From NCBI RefSeq assembly GCF_000009705.1, contig NC_003272.1:3990001-4022000 (forward strand): DNA of 32,000 nucleotides. The letters run 5' to 3'. Of the stretch, positions 7,701 to 15,311 are shown piece after piece. The position numbers and the translations under genes are program-made. The notes beneath the pieces are model-generated. The model did no database searches and was not told the DNA's origin. It was given only the letters and a program-made list of their open reading frames with translations. The DNA is from Nostoc sp. PCC 7120 = FACHB-418. Its GTDB lineage: Bacteria; Cyanobacteriota; Cyanobacteriia; Cyanobacteriales; Nostocaceae. Positions within the stretch are counted from its first letter, which is position 1. Every line of letters begins with the position of its first letter.

Positions 7701-8766
7701 AGGTAATATTGGCGACAAGTTACAAGAAATTATTGCCGGGATTCAGGGATTGATTGATCAGGCACTAGATTGGCTGATTGATCGGGCTGTGAATCTGGGA
7801 CAGGGATTGCTTAACGCGATCGGACTTGGAGAAGATAATTTAGAAGAAACAACAGGTGAGCCAGATACACCAGAAAGTCAAGCTCTTAAACAAGAAGTTG
7901 CTCTCGCAGTACAACAAGCTTTTGCGGAAGAGCATACAGGTGCAGAGACAGAGAGTATTATCGCTAGAATCCGTTCTCAATTCCAGGCACAAGGATTAGA
8001 CGACCTCTTTTTAGAACCAAACTCTAATGGAACTGGATTTATTCTGTATGCAAAAGCAAGTCCGAAGTATCCACTAGGCATATTCCAAAAAGAAGCAAAT
8101 ATGACACAAGCAGAAAGTGAACAAATGCTGCATTCAGCTATTCGTCTAACGTTAGTTGATTCTATAGGGTTTAATCGTCAAAATATTCCTTTGGTTGAAT
8201 CCACTGAAAAGAACATTGGTAGAGGTGGTGAAGCGTGGCAACCTGAAAATCTTACGACAGAAATTCGTGCAGTTACCTGGAATACCTCTGGAGCAAATCG
8301 TCGAAACAATATCACTCATGCCGAACGTCAATTTATGAATTGGATTACTAATCCTAGTCAAGAAAACGTTTTACTAAAACTGAAAAAGCTGGAAATCCAA
8401 AATATTAATGAAAGTCCTTGTGGAGCTTGTTCAAATCAATTAGCCCATCTAATAAGAGAAATTAGAGAGAAACAAACATCCGCAGGGCAGGTTTATCTAG
8501 AAGAAGCACACCTTTACTGGACAAAACGCCATTTAGGTGAGTCACCAACCAGCGCTAGCGACATTACTATATTGCGAGCAAGCGGTTGGACTTTGCACGC
8601 CCCCCAAAATCAGTTACCGATCCAAGGAATCGAGGACAGTAACTTGCAAGAATTACCTGGAGTATTAGAGTATGAACCAGGATTTAATCCTAATGATAGA
8701 GCAGTCGTTATTCATCCACCTGCGAGTAGTAGTTCTAGGAGCGGTGGAGTAAGAACCAGGGTTTAA
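4744..8766 (+). CDS. DUF4157 (eCIS-associated) protein with a C-terminal deaminase-fold toxin-like domain; candidate CIS cargo or effector
   Basis: 1340-aa ATG ORF. Leader motif TPFFQAKLTVGEPGDRYEKEAEAIAHQV (nt ~5188-5271). DUF4157 core GFGADFSQVRVHTG...AFTTGNHIFF...GRNLLAHELTHTLQQ, with HExxH at nt 5611-5625. Long duplicated helical region. C-terminal HAE (8317-8325) and SPCGAC (8413-8430). Confidence 0.9.
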   Translation: MKTAETKTTSHQHQGNSAKPFFDANHEQKFFGAGIVQTKLFFQPQYTSSELGIQRQCRDCGIEQQGQPLPQIQRQPIFESENVETQSHLQRQATTSDTAPVTYLQPQEEATPELEETSGDLASPVIQSKGDGSIPPGDGDNSFRSDTETPFFQAKLTVGEPGDRYEKEAEAIAHQVVSQPQPSQQPTTHPAVTQLQRANNEQPGSPIPTNLESRLQQAQSSGTPLDTQTRLNMEAGFGADFSQVRVHTGQDAASLARSLGAVAFTTGNHIFFNTNQYQPASATGRNLLAHELTHTLQQDAAIQRQPAVSSTSHTVQMLPESIIGQINDYARYIPGYTLFTVVIGFNPLTGNAVERNASNLLEGLMGLVPFGTFIFDKLREMGILQSAFTWVEGELGRLDLSVGRIERTLEAAWEDIHLVAGFDDNLAVLRQNFQQLYQDVEAFARSLINQIIQLIKDAAINLAEGLLANNQAWALIKKILKHDPLRNQPVAATTVEILEDFLRLIGKEQELEQMQERGTLEQTAAWLDTQVGTFISLLGELGSLFTSAWDAIQPENLPNLSTNLESIINQTIGFLQRVWDFAITVAAKVLELIKQALLGWLSSFAIDIPGYHLLTVIMGKDIFTEQSVPRTVINIIRGFMSLLPNGEQKFQQMQETGVIPRAAQRIEALMGELGISWPFVQELFLNIWNTLTIEDMVTPIDTFIRVLEQFREPLNRLLTFVIEVVKIVLELLLEIMNFPSDIIGNIMNNALQALDDIQQDPVGFLLNLLRAVKTGFTNFFDNILQHLLSGVTDWLFGQVRKAGIEPPTEITLESILNLVLQVLGVSMDRIWSKLGDRIGQENVARIRGAIDRLSGIWNFVRDVQQRGIAAIWEYIQTQISNLWNMVLEQVRSWIVSRIIDRVIAKIVSMLDPTGIMAVVNSFIAFFNAVQSAIEYFREILEIVDSFVGMVAEIASGSIDQAAQFLENLLAQSLPVAIGFLANQVGLGNIGDKLQEIIAGIQGLIDQALDWLIDRAVNLGQGLLNAIGLGEDNLEETTGEPDTPESQALKQEVALAVQQAFAEEHTGAETESIIARIRSQFQAQGLDDLFLEPNSNGTGFILYAKASPKYPLGIFQKEANMTQAESEQMLHSAIRLTLVDSIGFNRQNIPLVESTEKNIGRGGEAWQPENLTTEIRAVTWNTSGANRRNNITHAERQFMNWITNPSQENVLLKLKKLEIQNINESPCGACSNQLAHLIREIREKQTSAGQVYLEEAHLYWTKRHLGESPTSASDITILRASGWTLHAPQNQLPIQGIEDSNLQELPGVLEYEPGFNPNDRAVVIHPPASSSSRSGGVRTRV

Positions 8767-8808
8767 TCATCATGACAAAGCAAATATCGAATATAACAAC
8801 CAAAAATT

Positions 8809-9129
8809 ATGTCTTTTAAATTCAAGCACCCCCGTAAACCTCCTGTCTCCCCGGAAACAGAAAAACCATTCTTTCCAGGCGATCAGCTACGCGCCACCAG
8901 AGGCGATCGCCCAACTCCATCACCTTTCTTTAGCAGCAAAGTCACCATACAACCCAAGCTAAATGTAGGACAGCCTAATGATGTATATGAACAAGAAGCA
9001 AACGCTGTAGCTAATAATGTCAGCGAACCCAACATACAGCGTCTCGCCACAGAAGAGGATATGACGCAAACATCCATACTGCAAAAGTCAGAAGAACCTG
9101 AAGAAATACAGACTCAAGTTGCTAGTTAA
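8809..9129 (+). CDS. Small protein consisting only of a DUF4157-type N-terminal leader (no HExxH core, no toxin)
   Basis: 106-aa ATG ORF, 42 nt after the large DUF4157 gene. KPFF...SPFFSSKVTIQPKLNVGQPNDVYEQEANAVANNV...IQRL parallels KPFF...TPFFQAKLTVGEPGDRYEKEAEAIAHQV...LQRA of the upstream protein. The C-terminal tail is acidic. Confidence 0.55.
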   Translation: MSFKFKHPRKPPVSPETEKPFFPGDQLRATRGDRPTPSPFFSSKVTIQPKLNVGQPNDVYEQEANAVANNVSEPNIQRLATEEDMTQTSILQKSEEPEEIQTQVAS

Positions 9130-9183
9130 AAACAAAATTATCTAAGATAATCGCAAAAATGGATGAGAGATAAACACAAAAAA

Positions 9184-10866
9184 TCAAATCCAATCTACTA
9201 TCAGCATATCTTCCATCCAAGGGAATTTAACTATGTTCAGTCCCCACGGTAGACGACTGAGAAGGATATCAATGGATTGACGCTCAATCTGGAGTTTCCA
9301 CGCACCATTATCGTTACGGGTGAGTTTGCCTTCGCGCTGTAAAAAGCCTTCGCGTAGACCGTCGGGGCTGGTATTTTTTAGGGCTTGCCAGTAATCGATC
9401 GCTGTTTGTAATAGATGTTCAGCTTCATTTAAGGCGGTGGTGGGTAAATCAATGTTACAGGCGATCGCTTGATTTAATGGCCAGCCACAAAGTAATTTCG
9501 GTAATACCAACTCATATTCGGGGGCATCGGTTTGGCGAGTTGCTAGGTAATGTAAGAGATAAATTGCCGTTTGCTGTGCTGATTCGTCACGGAAGCTTTC
9601 TTGGTCTACTAGTGCGACATCGTTGAGATATATGTGCAGAAATGGGTGCAGTAGGACTAAGCCAGCTTGATTGATGTAGATACCGGTGATTTCTTCTTCT
9701 GGTGACAAGATGGAAGTTTGCGGGTTGTTTTGAGAATCGATTTGTTGATGTTGGTTGTTTGATTCGGGTGTGGCTTTGGGAGAGGATATTGAGTTTCTCA
9801 ACGCAGAGGGGATCTGAGGTTTACGCAAAGGGTCGTTGAGGTTTGTTGAGGTTGTGGTTTCAGGTGCTGGGGGTAGAATTTGGTTGAGTGTTGTTAGCCA
9901 AGGTGTTCTGGAGTTGGTGGGGATTGTGGCTAGGATAGTTCGCAACCGTTGATATATCCCGGAATCGGGTAGTTGTGTTTGTGATTCATTGGGTTCGGGG
10001 GTGGTAGGAGTAATTTGAGATTGGTTTGGGGATGCTTCGGGTGTGATGGTGGCTTGCTGTTGCCAAGTTTGGACGAGAATAGTTAGCCAGTTGCGTATCC
10101 ACACAGTCTTGGGTAAGGGTCTTGTTGAGGAGCTAGTTTGAGGGATTTCTGCTAGTAGTAACAGCCAAGCTTGTGTGTTGAGGAACTCATAGAAGCGATG
10201 GCATTCAGCCCACTGTAGGCGATCGCCATTTTGATTTAAACTCAACGCTTGGATAATTTGTTGTCCTTGGGTGAGTAGAGTAGACCAATCAATCCAAGTG
10301 GGTTGCAATTGCAAGACTAACTGATGGCAAAAGCTTTCTGGGAACTGGGAAACCAAGCGCTGTCTGACTTGCGGATTTGTGGCTAGCAATTCTCGTAAAG
10401 GTTGCTGCCATGTCGTTTCATTTTGTATGGCTGCTTGCCAACGGGGTATCCACTGTTGCCAGTTATTAGCCTCTACCCACCAAGGTAAGCGACCATACCG
10501 TAAAAAATATAACAATATCTCCCAATCTGCCGCACTCCGATTTTGGCTGAGTATTGGGGAATTTGTCTTAGTAGTTAGGCGATTCGCTAGATAATCTCTT
10601 AGCGTTTGGTTCACAGCACTGATTAATTTAGGTATAAATTCATCTTGAATAAATTGAGGATGAATAACGCCTAAATCTACAACCACTTGATCCAATCGCA
10701 CCACCTCATCAGCTGCTACCAACTGTTCAAAAAGTTGTGCCATTGCTGGTATGCCCTGTTGTTGCAATAAGCGACTCATATCTTCTTGCAAGCTCCAGAC
10801 ATCAGCTAGTTGCCCAGTATTTAGCTCCAGTACGGTTCGTCCGATGATGTGGCGTTGTTGTGTCAT
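9184..10866 (-). CDS. cis14: CIS tape-measure protein (Afp14/Cis14-like)
   Basis: 560 aa with an ATG start; last gene of the operon. The N-terminal block IIGRTVLELNTG...VVRLDQVVVDLGVI and the C-terminal block GIYINQAGLVLLHPFLHIYL match my recollection of the CIS tape-measure family. The middle is low-complexity and P/T/Q-rich. Confidence 0.75.
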   Translation of the reverse strand: MTQQRHIIGRTVLELNTGQLADVWSLQEDMSRLLQQQGIPAMAQLFEQLVAADEVVRLDQVVVDLGVIHPQFIQDEFIPKLISAVNQTLRDYLANRLTTKTNSPILSQNRSAADWEILLYFLRYGRLPWWVEANNWQQWIPRWQAAIQNETTWQQPLRELLATNPQVRQRLVSQFPESFCHQLVLQLQPTWIDWSTLLTQGQQIIQALSLNQNGDRLQWAECHRFYEFLNTQAWLLLLAEIPQTSSSTRPLPKTVWIRNWLTILVQTWQQQATITPEASPNQSQITPTTPEPNESQTQLPDSGIYQRLRTILATIPTNSRTPWLTTLNQILPPAPETTTSTNLNDPLRKPQIPSALRNSISSPKATPESNNQHQQIDSQNNPQTSILSPEEEITGIYINQAGLVLLHPFLHIYLNDVALVDQESFRDESAQQTAIYLLHYLATRQTDAPEYELVLPKLLCGWPLNQAIACNIDLPTTALNEAEHLLQTAIDYWQALKNTSPDGLREGFLQREGKLTRNDNGAWKLQIERQSIDILLSRLPWGLNIVKFPWMEDMLIVDWI

Positions 10867-10880
10867 AGCTTACTGCTTTT

Positions 10881-13800
10881 TCAACGGGGCTTAATTACAG
10901 AAGGTGGGGTTGAGCCAACTTGTTTAGATGATGAGTAAGTCCAACCGACGATTAACATGAAAATGGCAGTACTCATGGCTAGTAGCTGGGGTAGTTTGAT
11001 TTTGGTGATGATTTCTCCTCGGTTGAGGGGAAAGAGGTTTTGTATGCGTGTGAATAGGTTATCTGGGTTGGTGCTACGGGATGGGCTAGTGTCGGTGTCA
11101 GCGTCGATAACCCGGATGATAACTTTGATGGTAGCTCCTTCTAGGCGATCGCCATTTACTTCTCTGATAGCTTGTGCTTGAATCTCATGGATACCTATAC
11201 TCGGTTGCCAGTCATCAGGCATCCGGTAAGGTGCAGTGTTGGCGGTGAGTGCTTGGCGGCTGCCATTGGGTTTGGTGTAGGTGAAAATTACACTATTAAC
11301 CTTTTCTGGCACAGTCATCGCCTCAAAGGTGTACTGGTTATTAGGATTGAAGTCTGAGAGATTGAAGGTGCGATCGCCATCCAAATTAGTACTATTTATT
11401 ACTTCATTATTACTAATTGCCAGTAAATTTACTGCACGAACTTCAGGATGAGGAATCGGGTTTTCTGTCGGCGCATCTCCGCTATCAGGGTTAGAGGTAT
11501 CTTCAACGTCTCTCACTGGCACTTCTGGTGGTGGGACGATGGTAACTCGGCGTTCCGTGTTATTGCTACAGCCTTGATTGCTGATTGTATATCTCAGTGT
11601 AATAACTTTTTCTTCCTCATCACCCAAGTTCACTGCACTGGGATTGAATTGTGGGGGAGTTGTAGGGCTAATTACATCTGCTGTGATATCTTCTTCACCG
11701 TCAAAGGCTTGGAAAGTTCCGCCTAGTTGTGTAGCGATCAGCCCTACAGGCGGATCATTATTGGTGAAGGTGTCCCGGTTTCCTGTTGATAATCGGAAGT
11801 TGGCATTGGGTACAGCAAAAATCCTCAGTTCTTGGGTGAACTTATTACTACAGCCTTGGTTGCTAATACTGTATTCCAATGTAATGACTTTTTCTCTGGC
11901 TACACCCAAGTTAACTGCACTTGGGTCGAACTGTGGGGGTGTTGTCAGGCGATTAATGACATCTGCCGAGATATCTTCTGCACCATCGCGCACTTGGAAA
12001 GTCCCGCCCGGTACTCTGGCTATCAGGTCTACGGGTTCATCATTACTACAGAATCTGGTTTTACCTTGCCCAACTTGGAAGGTAGCATTGGGTACAGCAA
12101 AAATCGTTATATCTCGGCTTAACTCATTGGTGCAGCCTTGGTCACTGGTGATGGTATACACCAAGGTAATAACTTTTTCTGTTGCTCCTCCCAAATTAAC
12201 AGCACTGGGGTTAAATTCTTGGTTATTAATGACACTGGCGGAAATATCTGTTTCACTATCAAAAGCCCGGAAATTGCCGCCTGGTTGTGTGGCTCTGAGG
12301 GTTACGGGGTTTTCGTTACTACAGAAATTTGTTTTGATTTGGAAACTGGCATCTGGTAAGGGATAGACGGTAACGCTCAGGGTGTCGTAGCTGCTTTCAA
12401 CAACGTAGGTAAAAGTGATGGCTGTTTCCGAAGTAATATCGTCGGTAATGCGGCTGGGTTGGAAATAATATTTGCCGTCTGCAAAAAAGCTACCTTCGCC
12501 TTTCAGTGTGCCACCTGTCGGGTCAAGAATAAATTCATAGCGAGTTTCATCGCCTGCACAGAAAGTAGTTCTATCTAGCAACACGATGGGGCGAGGCTGA
12601 GTTAGTACATAACTAACAGTGGGGGTCTTGCTGCTAAAACGATAGGGTAGGCAAAAATCGCCAACAACGATATCTTCACGGTTGAGTAATTCTCGACTAG
12701 TCGCTAGTTCCTGGGGTGAACCTGGGGGTAAGGAAGCGTATTTCTTGATTACCTCGGTGCGGGCTTGATAAGTAGGATCGCGATCGGCACTTAGCAGGTT
12801 TCTCACTAATTCCCGTCCATCGACGTAGACCAAAACGAATGTACCGCCTTTCGGCACACCTCCCAAGTGTTCCATCCCCGGATTATTTTGTGCGAATTTA
12901 TGGAATAGTTGCAATTCCATGATCTGTGCCAAACGTTGCTGATAAGCTGTCATCAGCCCCTTGAGTTCAAAATAATTGAGCGTATCGGCGGCTAGGCGAT
13001 CGCCCATCCTCAACTCCAGTCGATTGACGCGGATGGAGGATTCTGGAACATCCCGCAGCAAACTATAGAGGGTTTCAAAGTCTTGAAACTCTGGTTGGTT
13101 GATAATGGGGCTATTACCCTCAAAATTAACAGTAAAGAAATTCAGCGAAATAAAGCTAATGTCTGCCGTCCCTCTATTTGCTGGTAAGTCCAGTTCATCA
13201 GCTAAGGAAAATCGCAGATAATAGCTGAGGGGGTTGTTGGCTGACTCAGGTTCTACCCCATAAGTAATTTTCCCCAAAGGCAGACAAGCCAATAAATCTC
13301 CAATAATGCGCTCCTGTTCTTGGGTCAGACTGTCGCCTGATAACCCAGAAAAGTTAATTACTGTCTCAAAACGCGCAATGCGAATACCTGCGGCGTTACG
13401 CAGATATAGGCGATAGCTGTCACCGCTTTCCTTGACAAATTCATAAGCTTCTTTAACGCTGGCTCTAGCCACAATGGGGTTAAATAGTTGGTCACTTTTA
13501 ATTTCCGCCAAACTAGTCTTGTCAAAGAAAACTCGTTTGAGTGTGTAAAGAAAAACATTCCGTGACCAGCTTTCCTCATATCTTTGCCAAAGTTTTGCAA
13601 AGGTATCTTTGATGCGTCCAAAGTCTGCATTCAAATCATCGAACTGACCAGAAATATTGATATCTTGAAAACTTTGCAGATTGCCAATCTTCAGGGTAAT
13701 GACATCAAAAGCTAAATTGTAGCGCTGCTGATAGTCGAGAATCCGTTGCAAAGCCGTGGCGTTGGCTTCCCCAATATGTCCTTCAATGCGGTAAAAAGAA

Positions 13801-15311
13801 TAGTCATCTAAACGGTGCAGTAAGTCAGAATTGGGGGTGATATTGGCGTTGTTGGGATAAAAGTAAGCCGGATGGGACTGACTGCGCCCTTTACGGTAAG
13901 TATCATAACTCCAGTATTGATACAACTGTGGATAATTGAGGTAATAAGGAATTGCCTGTTGGCTCAAGGTTGCAGCACGGTCTTTACTGGGGGTGATTTT
14001 TAGGGGCGTGTCATAAAAGGGTAACAGATAAAAACTATCCGCAGCGCACAGACGTACGAGGCGATCGTAAAGGAAGCGTACTTGTTTGACACGTAACTGA
14101 TTGCCGTTATAAATGGGGGATTGGCTAAAATTGCTCCGATATGGAGAATTTAGGGCATATACCTCTGGCTTTTGGTTGGGAAGTGGGACTAGTCCCAGCA
14201 TGAGGAACTTGGGAAAGCGTCGGGTATCTGGTGTAGCGTCGTCCATCAAGTCAAAAGCCGACTCTGCTAATTCCCGAAAAGCAGATACTAACTGACTGAG
14301 GTAGTCATAGAAGTATTGTAAGGCGTACTGGGCTTCGATTTGGGAAATAGGCGATCGCCTATTTTCTGCCGACGAGCCAGACACAATATCGCTGAGACGT
14401 TGATTAAGTAGGGTTTTCAACCCGGTGAAATCAGAGGGTGCAGGATTAAAAGACGAGAAAAAAGGCGAAAACAGCCGGAAAAGATTTGGGAATGTACGAT
14501 CAATCTCATCAATTGCTTGCAGACATACTTGTTGGTAGCCTTTAAGAAAGGCATCGTAGTCAACAATATTCGATAAACGAATGACAGGTGGTGTCTCCAG
14601 GGTATAACCGAAGCGTCGCACTTGGGGAAAGAAATTCTGGAAGAAAGAAGATTGAGCCTGGAATATGTCATTAATGCTGAAGTCTCGCCACTGTTGGGGT
14701 AAAGGCTCTCTGGAAAACCCTTGTTGCAGCAAAGCCTCAGCGCTCAACTTCTCCGGTACAGAACGGGGTAAGAGAAAATAGCGTAGGCGGAAATTCCTGT
14801 CTTTACCTGTATCATCACAATCGAGTAAACAAGAGTCCCGTTGCTGATCCTGAAGTTCATATACTACTACTAACGTCTGGTCAGCCAGAAACCTAGCAAA
14901 AGCATTCTCATCTGGTAAATTCTTGAGCGCTAACCGATTATTCCCTTCCTGTTCAAAGAGTTCTACAAGTTGATCAGTTGATGCGGCTGTTTGTTCTTCA
15001 CTAGGCGCGAACAAAGCCGAGGGTACAGACACTCCACTTTGATAATGAGTTAATTTTGTTTCCGCCAGAGAAATTATATATCCCTCAGAAGTAATACCAC
15101 ACCCTGGCGCAACAACTATGTTCACATCCCCCGGCTGATAGATGCTACTCACCTCCATCCCAGCCACAATTCCCATACCAATCAGATAAACACGAGTTAA
15201 CCGATTCTGCTCATCAAGATAGGTAACAACACGATTCAGGTCTTTATTAGTCAAAACCTGATTAGGCGTAAAAATAGGATAACTGTTAGGGATGGTAATG
15301 GTAGTAGTCAC
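10881..15311 (-). CDS. Large CIS-associated distal or baseplate-peripheral protein with 3 tandem Ig-like repeats, a C-terminal beta-sandwich-like domain and a C-terminal transmembrane anchor
   Basis: The track ORF extends to 15332 through a TTG inside a dispersed repeat. A GTG at 15311, preceded by GGAG with 9-nt spacing, is the more likely start. Three ~94-aa repeats lie at nt ~11540-12375. Hydrophobic helix LLAMSTAIFMLIVGWTY at nt 10935-10985, 17 residues from the C-terminus. Confidence 0.85.
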   Translation of the reverse strand: MTTTITIPNSYPIFTPNQVLTNKDLNRVVTYLDEQNRLTRVYLIGMGIVAGMEVSSIYQPGDVNIVVAPGCGITSEGYIISLAETKLTHYQSGVSVPSALFAPSEEQTAASTDQLVELFEQEGNNRLALKNLPDENAFARFLADQTLVVVYELQDQQRDSCLLDCDDTGKDRNFRLRYFLLPRSVPEKLSAEALLQQGFSREPLPQQWRDFSINDIFQAQSSFFQNFFPQVRRFGYTLETPPVIRLSNIVDYDAFLKGYQQVCLQAIDEIDRTFPNLFRLFSPFFSSFNPAPSDFTGLKTLLNQRLSDIVSGSSAENRRSPISQIEAQYALQYFYDYLSQLVSAFRELAESAFDLMDDATPDTRRFPKFLMLGLVPLPNQKPEVYALNSPYRSNFSQSPIYNGNQLRVKQVRFLYDRLVRLCAADSFYLLPFYDTPLKITPSKDRAATLSQQAIPYYLNYPQLYQYWSYDTYRKGRSQSHPAYFYPNNANITPNSDLLHRLDDYSFYRIEGHIGEANATALQRILDYQQRYNLAFDVITLKIGNLQSFQDINISGQFDDLNADFGRIKDTFAKLWQRYEESWSRNVFLYTLKRVFFDKTSLAEIKSDQLFNPIVARASVKEAYEFVKESGDSYRLYLRNAAGIRIARFETVINFSGLSGDSLTQEQERIIGDLLACLPLGKITYGVEPESANNPLSYYLRFSLADELDLPANRGTADISFISLNFFTVNFEGNSPIINQPEFQDFETLYSLLRDVPESSIRVNRLELRMGDRLAADTLNYFELKGLMTAYQQRLAQIMELQLFHKFAQNNPGMEHLGGVPKGGTFVLVYVDGRELVRNLLSADRDPTYQARTEVIKKYASLPPGSPQELATSRELLNREDIVVGDFCLPYRFSSKTPTVSYVLTQPRPIVLLDRTTFCAGDETRYEFILDPTGGTLKGEGSFFADGKYYFQPSRITDDITSETAITFTYVVESSYDTLSVTVYPLPDASFQIKTNFCSNENPVTLRATQPGGNFRAFDSETDISASVINNQEFNPSAVNLGGATEKVITLVYTITSDQGCTNELSRDITIFAVPNATFQVGQGKTRFCSNDEPVDLIARVPGGTFQVRDGAEDISADVINRLTTPPQFDPSAVNLGVAREKVITLEYSISNQGCSNKFTQELRIFAVPNANFRLSTGNRDTFTNNDPPVGLIATQLGGTFQAFDGEEDITADVISPTTPPQFNPSAVNLGDEEEKVITLRYTISNQGCSNNTERRVTIVPPPEVPVRDVEDTSNPDSGDAPTENPIPHPEVRAVNLLAISNNEVINSTNLDGDRTFNLSDFNPNNQYTFEAMTVPEKVNSVIFTYTKPNGSRQALTANTAPYRMPDDWQPSIGIHEIQAQAIREVNGDRLEGATIKVIIRVIDADTDTSPSRSTNPDNLFTRIQNLFPLNRGEIITKIKLPQLLAMSTAIFMLIVGWTYSSSKQVGSTPPSVIKPR
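11540..12375 (-). repeat. Three tandem ~282-nt coding repeats (Ig/PKD-like, Cys-containing modules)
   Basis: Repeat boundaries are marked by 'tttgctgtacccaatgc' (reverse complement, near 12104 and 11822), giving a 282-nt period. Protein repeats: FAVPNA.F......F..N..PV.L.A...GGTFQ..DG.EDI.ADVI....PPQF.PSAVNLG...EKVITL.Y.ISNQGCSN. Confidence 0.85.

Noticed and set aside
9130-9183. Expected bidirectional terminator between the convergent 106-aa gene and the tape-measure gene
   Set aside because: The only structure is a weak AT-rich 5-bp stem (TTATC-TAA-GATAA, ~9139-9151), with no GC-rich hairpin or U-tract. I cannot support a terminator call.
11578-12366. 262-aa plus-strand ORF with its own internal repeats (plus overlapping ORFs at 11448-11726, 11832-12122 and 12138-12359)
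   Set aside because: It lies entirely antisense to the three tandem Ig-like repeats of the large minus-strand gene. Its repetitiveness mirrors those repeats, its composition is low-complexity (S/L/V/T-rich), and there is no start context. It is an artefact of the repeat.
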